Source of the DNA: Basidiobolus meristosporus CBS 931.73
Lineage: Eukaryota; Fungi; Basidiobolomycota
Direction of reading: 5' to 3'
NCBI GenBank assembly: GCA_002104905.1
Contig: MCFE01000002.1
Span: 1 to 64,000, forward strand
DNA: 64,000 nt
Shown in pieces: positions 1 to 6,567 of this stretch. Every line of letters starts with the position of its first letter. Within the stretch, counting starts at the first letter, position 1. The position numbers were made by a program, and so were the translations under genes. The notes beneath the pieces are model-generated. The model was not told the DNA's origin. It saw nothing but the letters and a program-made list of their open reading frames with translations, and ran no database searches.

Positions 1-142
1 AACCCTAACCCTAACCCTAACCCTAACCCTAACCCTAACCCTAACCCTAACCCTAACCCTAACCCTAACCCTAACCCTAACCCTAACCCTAACCCTAACC
101 CTAACCCTAACCCTAACCCTAACCCTAACCCTAACCCTAACC
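1..142 (+). repeat. Telomeric repeat tract (CCCTAA)n, about 23.7 perfect copies; left chromosome end
   Basis: Uninterrupted AACCCT repeats from base 1 to 142; this is the C-rich strand of the TTAGGG telomere. Confidence 0.99.
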
Positions 143-670
143 AAGAACACTTAGCCTTGTGGTTATCCCTAACCCTTCCATACCCATGGTTGTGGGTTCA
201 AATCCTGGATCCAGCAAAATTTGATTAATAAATTGATGTGTGCTCATTGGGAGATGGCTTGATCAACCATCGGGCAAAGTAAAGGCTCTGATTGGCTGAA
301 ATCCTTGAAATGCTAATTGGCCAGATTTGCCTAGTAAATTTGGCCAGTGATCGCCCAGAAATTCATCTCAGTTCCCCCAGTCTACTGGCCATTCCGGCCA
401 CAATTCAGCTACCGCAAACCAGTATAACTTAGCTCAGATATATTCAGATTCTCACTTCTCAGGCCTGGCTTTCCAGGAAACCTCTCTCAGACCTAGCTAA
501 CTAGGAAATATAGTACCACTCAGCTTCTCAACTCTCAGACCTGGCTTACCAGGAAGATATCTCTCAGACCTAGCTTTCTAGGAATAACTTCAGATTAACT
601 TGGCTTCTTTAGATACTTGTCATAAGTAAATAAAGATTTCACCACTTGGTGACTTTCCTCCCCCCTAACC
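143..670 (+). mobile_element. Telomeric array unit 1: 528-bp non-coding SINE-like element, apparently full length
   Basis: Starts directly after the telomere (CTAACC|AAGAACAC). Contains a tRNA-like A/B box head and a hairpin array. Ends TGGCTTCTTT(601)...AATAAA(629)...TCACC-ACTT-GGTGA(639-652)...C6-TAACC. No long ORF. Confidence 0.75.
152..205 (+). promoter_or_regulatory. tRNA-type (Pol III type 2) internal promoter-like A box and B box; repeated at 680-733
   Basis: TAGCCTTGTGG at 152-162 (one mismatch to TRGCNNAGYGG) and GGTTCAAATCC at 195-205 (fits GGTTCRANTCC). Spacing matches a class I tRNA. Acceptor, D and anticodon stems do not pair, so this is not a functional tRNA. Confidence 0.55.
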
Positions 671-1205
671 AAGAACACTTAGCCTTGTGGTTATCCCTAA
701 CCCTTCCATACCCATGGTTGTGGGTTCAAATCCTGGATCCAGCAAAATTTGATTAATAAATTGATGTGTGCTCATTGGGAGATGGCTTGATCAACCATCG
801 GGCAAAGTAAAGGCTCTGATTGGCTGAAATCCTTGAAATGCTAATTGGCCAGATTTGCCTAGTAAATTTGGCCAGTGATCGCCCAGAAATTCCTCTCAGT
901 TCCCCCAGTCTACTGGCCATTCCGGCCACAATTCAGCTACCGCAAACCAGTATAACTTAGCTCAGATATATTCAGATTCTCACTTCTCAGGCCTGGCTTT
1001 CCAGGAAACCTCTCTCAGACCTAGCTAACTAGGAATTATAGTACCACTCAGCTTCTCAACTCTCAGACCTGGCTTACCAGGAAGATATCTCTCAGACCTA
1101 GCTTTCTAGGAATAACTTCAGATTAACTTGGCTTCTTTAGATACTTGTCATAAGTAAATAAAGATTTCACCACTTGGTGACTTTCCTCCCCCCCCCTAAC
1201 CCTAA
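671..1205 (+). mobile_element. Telomeric array unit 2: near-identical tandem copy of unit 1
   Basis: Same 5' start (AAGAACAC). By eye it differs from unit 1 at two substitutions (attcatctc/attcctctc; ggaaatatag/ggaattatag) and in C-run length (9 vs 6). Followed by CCCTAACCCTAA. Confidence 0.8.
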
Positions 1206-1699
1206 ATCTCAAGCAACAAGGTTACAACTTATCCAAGATTGTTAACATGAGATTTATCAACAATCACACTCTGGAGGTAGTACTTGACAAAAGTATTGCT
1301 AAAGAGTTCTCTCAAAATGTCTCTGACCAGTTCTACTGGGAACCTACTGACCATGCCTTTAAAGAGTTTCCTGATTCTCCAGTTTACAAGACCTTCTCAT
1401 TAGAGGAATCTCTGCTCTCAAGATTCACTTCACTTATCAAAAACTCCCCTTCACCTGCTGTTACCCACTTCCTCAAAGATTATTATATCTCTCAAGCTTA
1501 TTTACTTCACTCCCCCATGAACCTGAACTCCAGTGTACTCTGGGATACTGCCTTAACTTTAGCTTAGATTTATTCATATTCAACTTGGTGTTTACTTTGG
1601 GAATCTTCTATTCCCAGCTGGCTTCTTTATTTGTAGTTAGACTTGTCTGAAATCAAATAAAGATTTCACCTACTTTGGTGACTTTCCCTCCCCTAACCC
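1206..1699 (+). mobile_element. Telomeric array unit 3: 5'-truncated coding element (subfamily A)
   Basis: Coding homology begins at the junction with the preceding telomeric seed. The 3' end carries TGGCTTCTTT(1619), AATAAA(1656), TCACC-TACTTT-GGTGA(1666-1681) and CCCTAACCC(1691-1699). Confidence 0.75.
1208..1567 (+). CDS. 5'-truncated ORF1/Gag-like (RRM-like) protein fragment, subfamily A
   Basis: The frame is open upstream of ATG 1247 (LKQQGYNLSKIVN-MRFINNHTLEVVLDK). It aligns without gaps to the unit-4 protein at roughly 45-50% identity by hand count, so the ATG at 1247 is internal. Confidence 0.65.
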   Translation, partial: LKQQGYNLSKIVNMRFINNHTLEVVLDKSIAKEFSQNVSDQFYWEPTDHAFKEFPDSPVYKTFSLEESLLSRFTSLIKNSPSPAVTHFLKDYYISQAYLLHSPMNLNSSVLWDTALTLA

Positions 1700-2365
1700 C
1701 TCTCCACTTCTCTTTCAGCTTCTTCCTTACCTTGCAACCCCTCAATTAGCTCTTCATCCAGTCAATCTGAAAATTCTCAGCAACCAGGAACTTCTACTAC
1801 TTGTACTCAGACCTACTCCCAAGCAATTCAAGCTCATCCAAAACCAGCTGCCCATCCATCAAGACAGTCTCCTAAGCCAGTGCACTCTAAAGCCAGAAGA
1901 AGATTCCCTGTCAGCCCTGATACTCCTCCTACTGCCAACTGGGCTGTTTGCTATTTCAGAAATGCAGGATATCTCCCAATATCAGAACAAAGAAACTACC
2001 TCAAGGACCTAGGTATTCATATGCCTAAAATTATTAACATTCAGTACATTGCCAGGGATCTCTTGGAAGTTATTCTTGACAAAGATATTGTTGAAGATTT
2101 TACAGAAGAAGTCAAAAATATGCTTGATTGGGAGCTCTCAGAGCATATATTCAGACATCATTTGGACATTCCACTCTTTGTGCCATTCTCTCTGGAAAAA
2201 GAACTCCTCAAAAGATTTACCAGCTTGTTGAAAAACTCTCCTTCCCTTCAAGTCACAAACTTCCTCAAGAAATACTACAGTGAACAAGCAGTCTTGCTAC
2301 ACTCTCCTCTAGACTTTGATATTGAGGATATTTGGGATTCAGCAAAGTCCAAGTTTATCTTGTAG
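1700..2365 (+). CDS. 5'-truncated ORF1/Gag-like protein fragment, subfamily B: S/Q/P/T-rich linker, beta-alpha-beta-beta-alpha (RRM-like) segment, helical C-terminus
   Basis: Hand translation shows the frame open from the junction at 1700 to TAG 2365 (222 codons). No ATG occurs until 2021; the upstream stop is the TAA of the neighbouring telomeric seed. Paralog of the unit-3 ORF. Confidence 0.65.
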   Translation, partial: LSTSLSASSLPCNPSISSSSSQSENSQQPGTSTTCTQTYSQAIQAHPKPAAHPSRQSPKPVHSKARRRFPVSPDTPPTANWAVCYFRNAGYLPISEQRNYLKDLGIHMPKIINIQYIARDLLEVILDKDIVEDFTEEVKNMLDWELSEHIFRHHLDIPLFVPFSLEKELLKRFTSLLKNSPSLQVTNFLKKYYSEQAVLLHSPLDFDIEDIWDSAKSKFIL

Positions 2366-2462
2366 GCTCCCTGCATCTCAGATATTCATATTCAAACTTG
2401 GCTTCTTTATTTATTATTTAAATAAGGATTTCACCCTTTGGTGATGATCATCCCCCTAACCC
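1700..2462 (+). mobile_element. Telomeric array unit 4: 5'-truncated coding element (subfamily B)
   Basis: Ends TGGCTTCTTT(2399), AATAAG(2421), TCACC-CTTT-GGTGA(2431-2444), C5 and CCCTAACCC(2454-2462). Shares TATTCATATTCAA(A)CTTGG with unit 3 after the stop codon. Confidence 0.75.
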
Positions 2463-2741
2463 ATTCCAGCCACAAAGCAGCTACCGCAAACCAGTATAAC
2501 TTAGCTCAGATATATTCAGATTCTCACTTCTCAGGCCTGGCTTTCCAGGAAACCTCTCCCAGACCTAGCTAACTAGGAAATATAGTACCACTCAGCTTCT
2601 CAACTCTCAGACCTGGCTTACCAGGAAGATATCTCTCAGACCTAGCTTTCTAGGAATAGCTTCAGATTACCTTGGCTTCTTTAGATACTTGTCATAAGTA
2701 AATAAAGATTTCACCGCTTGGTGACTTTCCTCCCCTAACCC
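2463..2741 (+). mobile_element. Telomeric array unit 5: 5'-truncated, slightly diverged copy of the unit-1/2 non-coding element
   Basis: Matches unit 1 from about 391 onward with roughly 7 differences. Has the same four hairpins and the same terminal signal (TCACC-GCTT-GGTGA 2711-2724, CCCTAACCC 2733-2741). Confidence 0.8.
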
Positions 2742-2933
2742 TCTTGCTACCCCCCTTCCCACTGAACAGAGTCTTGGGCACTGAAGAACTATCATCACTT
2801 CTTGTTAACTTACATACAAATTCCCCTCAGCTACACACTCTTGTTTCAAAGCTACAACAGTAGCACTGGCTTCTTTGTTTAAACTGAAATAAAGATTTCA
2901 CCTGTTGGTGACTGTATCCCCCCCCCCTAACCC
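2742..2933 (+). mobile_element. Telomeric array unit 6: short 5'-truncated unit carrying a 40-codon ORF tail
   Basis: Open frame 2741-2863 (PFPLNRVLGTEELSSLLVNLHTNSPQLHTLVSKLQQ*). Then TGGCTTCTTT(2867), AATAAA(2888), TCACC-TGTT-GGTGA(2898-2911) and C10-TAACCC. Confidence 0.7.
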
Positions 2934-2998
2934 ACCCTTTGGTGTTTATCATCCCCCCTAAATTTTACTCTATGGTGATTATTATCATCCCCGCTAAG
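2933..2998 (+). mobile_element. Telomeric array units 7-8: two tiny, degenerate 3'-end remnants marking the inner edge of the array
   Basis: CACC-CTTT-GGTG-TTTATCAT-C6-TAA (2933-2961) and ...TATGGTGATTATTATCAT-CCCC-GCTAAG (about 2962-2998) resemble the unit-4 terminus. Confidence 0.6.
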
Positions 2999-3216
2999 CC
3001 TGAGTTCTCCAAGATATGTAGACAATGATCTTAGTGCCTTAGCTAGGTGAGTATTGAGGCGTAATTACATATTTACAACAACAACAGCTGTGGTAACTGA
3101 CAATATATATTTAATGTTTTTGCACATTTTAATAATTGAGGCAAAAGTATACTCGCATGATATGTTTGGGGCGCAATAGTACTTGGATACACTATTTTAC
3201 CCTACATTTGTATCAA

Positions 3217-6200
3217 TTATACATAATCTATCCTATTATCGTCATCATCTAGTACAAACTCTAATATTGGATTGAGGGTTAGTGGAGATACTGCCACTTC
3301 GCCACAAAGATTGGCAACCATAGCTTTGTTATTTTCAATGTTGGCAAGTGCACCGGACTCTTGTAAGAGGCTCATGGCCGCTGTACTCCCTCTTAATGCT
3401 GCATAATGCAATGCTGTGTCCCCACTATTATTGATAGCGTTAACATTAGCACCAGCTCTGATGAGCAGCCTCAGCACGCCAATATAGTTTGCGATGTTTT
3501 CCGATTCGGAATCACCCATAGCTGCATTGTGCAATGGAGTATTACCTCTGTTGTTGGTAGTGTTGATGTGTGCACCCGCTTTTAAGAGAAAGTCTACTCC
3601 TTCGGGATTGCAGCTGCTTGCAAAGTAATGTAGTGGTACATTTCCTAATGAGTCTTTTCCATTGATATCTATACTATCATTAATCAGAAGAGAGAGTAGG
3701 TCTCTATCATAACAAGCACTAGCACAATGCAATGGAATGCGTCCGATACCGTCCTTATTGGTTACTTCTGCTTCGCTCGCAAGCAAATCTTTCGCGATGA
3801 CCTGCCTATCTGTACTCAAGGCTATATGCAGTGCTGTGCTTCCATAGAGGTTTTTGGAATTAATATCAGAACCGGCGTCCATGAGGGCGTTCACAGCAGT
3901 GCATTTGTTCAACTTGACTGCGAAATGAAGTGGTGTTTCCTTTTCTGCATTTCCATCATTAATTTCTGCTCCAAATATGAGGAGTAGCTTCAATGGAGCT
4001 AAGATATCGTTTCCTGCGGCATAATGGAGAGCTGTGTTACCAGCCGCATCCTTATCATTAACCACTGCCCCGGATTTTAGTAGAATTTTCATTAGACTTT
4101 GATCACCCATGAGTGTAGCTTGCTGCAAAGGAGTAATGCCATCGTAATTCTTTGTGTTAACATCAGCTCCTGCGCGAAGTAGAAGTCCGACGATTTCAAT
4201 ATTGCTGTATGATATTGCAACGAACAAGGGAGTATCTCCTGCGTAGTCCTTGATATCTACTTGTGCTCCGGAACGAATCAGGTAGTTGATGATTTTTTTA
4301 TGGCTCATTTGCACGCTATTATGCAAAGCAGTCCATCCTTTATGGTCTTTAGCATCGATATCTGCGCCTTGATTGATAAGATTTATCACGCCTTTGTAAT
4401 GGCCCACTTTTGCAGCAATATGTAGGTCGAAATCCTCCTCGGCATGCCGTTTCGCTCCAAATTTCTTCAGGAAGTCTATCATTATTTGATCTCCTATCTC
4501 AATGGCAAAGTCAAGTGGGCATTTTTTTCTTATATCGTATATGTTGATCTCTGCGCCAGCGTTTAGAAGTAATCTCACTATCTCTGTGCTCCCCATTTTA
4601 ATTGCCTTGTGTAGTGGAGTACCTTCGTTGTCCATAATATTGACATGCGCCCCAGCTTCAAGCAGAATCTCCATTATTGCAACATTATTGGATCGGATAT
4701 TAAACGTTGCCAACAAGATTCCTTTTGACGTAGCCTCTATACTAGCCCCACGAGCAAGTAAAAGCTTCACCAATCTCGGGTTTTCAGAAAGTACGGCGCG
4801 GTAGAGGGGCGTACTCCCATTATTATTCACCACGCTCAGGCTGGGTCCAGCTTCTAGCAGTAATTCGGCTATTGATTCATCCACAACAACATGTAGCGGG
4901 GTGTTACCACGGTCAGTAATAATGTTGGCATTCGCACCCTCATGAAGCAGTAGTTTCACTATTTCTACATGGCCATTTTCAACTGCATGATATAAGGGGG
5001 TGCCATACGAGTCATCCTCCACGTTGATATTTGCTCCAGCTCCAATTAATAGCTTTAGAACTTCAAGGTGACCATGCTCTGCAGCATATGTGGCCGGAAT
5101 TTCGCTTGCTACTGTCTCAATATTTATATTAGCTCCTGCTGATATCAGAAGCTGCGCAATATCTTTATATCCTTTTGCGGATGCGATATGAAGAGGGGTT
5201 TCTTCATGATCATTTTCGATATTAGTGTCTGCCCCAGCATCAAGTAGGAGCTTCACAATTGCACGGTTTCCTGATCGAACGGCATGAAGCAAAGGCGTTT
5301 CGTCTTGCGAATTTCGGATGTTAACATTGACCCCGCTCACGGCGAGCAGGAGTGTGACTAGTTCTTCGGCGCTTATTTGGGAGGCCAGATGTAGTGCCGA
5401 CTCTCTTTGCTCATCTAGTAGATTGACATCAACCTTCTTTGCTATCAATGCCCTCACTAGACTACACGAGTTTTTTATACAGGCCCAATGTAGCAATGTT
5501 CTGCCCTCAATACATGGAATGTCTTCAATTGATTCTGAAAACCTATCCATCCATCCAACTGCGCTTACCATATTTCCTAGCATGGTTTCCAATAAGGACA
5601 TCACTCCGCTAGAGATCCCGATATTCTCTTTGGCCATAAGTTGCACCATTCTCTTGGCATGCTCGTATGGCGTATTTCCCGCTTCGGTTGTATGGCTAGC
5701 TAGATGGTATTTAACTGAATCCAGCTGCATTTTTGCCCAATCAAGGGACTGTAGTATAGATACCACTTCTTGTAAATTGATCCGATCCTCAGGATTGATC
5801 TGAGTACAAGACTCAATCAGCTGTCGAACTTCATGTGGCAAATCCAGTGTTAGTGTCTCTACCAACTCCAAGTATATCGATTGTTCCTCTAGTTCTTTGT
5901 GCTTTCGTTTGGTGTGCCGAGGTCTACTAATTCGTTTGAATACCTTGAAGCACAGCATACCGAAGCTGTAAACGTCGCAACATGACCATAAGTTAACACT
6001 ACGATCTGATGAGCTTCCGGGAGCGATCCACTCGGTGTCCATCATCTTGTAATTTCTGTACTTCACACCGCCAATGAAGTCGACGATTTTTGGCTCCATA
6101 TCGCGATCTATTGTAATACTGGAAAGATTCAGCCCGGCATGGATCATCCCTGCTCCCAGAGCTCTTTCCAGAATCTTGGCTATCTTTAACAAAATTATTC

Positions 6201-6567
6201 GCATACCTTCCCAGCCGACTGTGTCACCATGCTCGTTAACAAACTCATCCAAAGTTGGATCGGATACATTCTCTGTGACCAGCCAATATAGCGGGCCACC
6301 TCCATCTTCATCGCCCGCAATTAAGCCTAATGGTGTGGGCAACCCTTCTATGCCCAATCCTGTCAGCAACTTCATCTCAGCAACGGCTTCATCGTGGTCT
6401 ATTAAGGTCGAATTAACCTCTCTTATAGACACCAGTCGATCTTCCAAGATTCCTGTTAATATTCTCTCTTTTCCACCCGTAATGAGCTCCTGTACTGAAC
6501 TTATATCGGCTCGTTGAATTATTAAAGGAGACATAAGAGCTAAAAGGCGATCTGATTTACTTGGCAC
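3217..6567 (-). CDS. Pseudokinase plus about 22 ankyrin repeats; apparently intronless (first ATG at 6534)
   Basis: 1116-codon ORF. The N-terminal kinase fold has degenerate motifs (VSIRE, IHAGLNLSS, DFI, WIAPG, DVYSFG). About 22 GxTPLHxA...LLxxGAxVN repeats follow. Confidence 0.9.
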   Translation of the reverse strand: MPSKSDRLLALMSPLIIQRADISSVQELITGGKERILTGILEDRLVSIREVNSTLIDHDEAVAEMKLLTGLGIEGLPTPLGLIAGDEDGGGPLYWLVTENVSDPTLDEFVNEHGDTVGWEGMRIILLKIAKILERALGAGMIHAGLNLSSITIDRDMEPKIVDFIGGVKYRNYKMMDTEWIAPGSSSDRSVNLWSCCDVYSFGMLCFKVFKRISRPRHTKRKHKELEEQSIYLELVETLTLDLPHEVRQLIESCTQINPEDRINLQEVVSILQSLDWAKMQLDSVKYHLASHTTEAGNTPYEHAKRMVQLMAKENIGISSGVMSLLETMLGNMVSAVGWMDRFSESIEDIPCIEGRTLLHWACIKNSCSLVRALIAKKVDVNLLDEQRESALHLASQISAEELVTLLLAVSGVNVNIRNSQDETPLLHAVRSGNRAIVKLLLDAGADTNIENDHEETPLHIASAKGYKDIAQLLISAGANINIETVASEIPATYAAEHGHLEVLKLLIGAGANINVEDDSYGTPLYHAVENGHVEIVKLLLHEGANANIITDRGNTPLHVVVDESIAELLLEAGPSLSVVNNNGSTPLYRAVLSENPRLVKLLLARGASIEATSKGILLATFNIRSNNVAIMEILLEAGAHVNIMDNEGTPLHKAIKMGSTEIVRLLLNAGAEINIYDIRKKCPLDFAIEIGDQIMIDFLKKFGAKRHAEEDFDLHIAAKVGHYKGVINLINQGADIDAKDHKGWTALHNSVQMSHKKIINYLIRSGAQVDIKDYAGDTPLFVAISYSNIEIVGLLLRAGADVNTKNYDGITPLQQATLMGDQSLMKILLKSGAVVNDKDAAGNTALHYAAGNDILAPLKLLLIFGAEINDGNAEKETPLHFAVKLNKCTAVNALMDAGSDINSKNLYGSTALHIALSTDRQVIAKDLLASEAEVTNKDGIGRIPLHCASACYDRDLLSLLINDSIDINGKDSLGNVPLHYFASSCNPEGVDFLLKAGAHINTTNNRGNTPLHNAAMGDSESENIANYIGVLRLLIRAGANVNAINNSGDTALHYAALRGSTAAMSLLQESGALANIENNKAMVANLCGEVAVSPLTLNPILEFVLDDDDNRIDYV

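Noticed and set aside
145-216. Functional tRNA gene
   Set aside because: A and B boxes are present, but the acceptor, D and anticodon stems do not pair and no T-run terminator follows.
143-670. Hammerhead ribozyme, as often found in Penelope-like elements
   Set aside because: No CUGANGA...GAAA core with the required stems was found by eye on either strand; the CTCTCAG repeats give CTGAGAG in reverse, which does not fit. An Infernal search would be decisive.
1247-2365. ORF-track starts at 1247 and 1880 as true gene starts
   Set aside because: Both frames stay open, and for unit 3 homologous, up to the unit junctions; they are 5'-truncated fragments.
143-2998. CRISPR-like repeat-spacer reading of the array (conserved palindromic repeat separated by variable sequence)
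   Set aside because: Eukaryotic context, intervening segments range from about 30 to 760 bp and include ORF fragments and duplicates, no cas genes; it is better explained as retroelement 3' ends.
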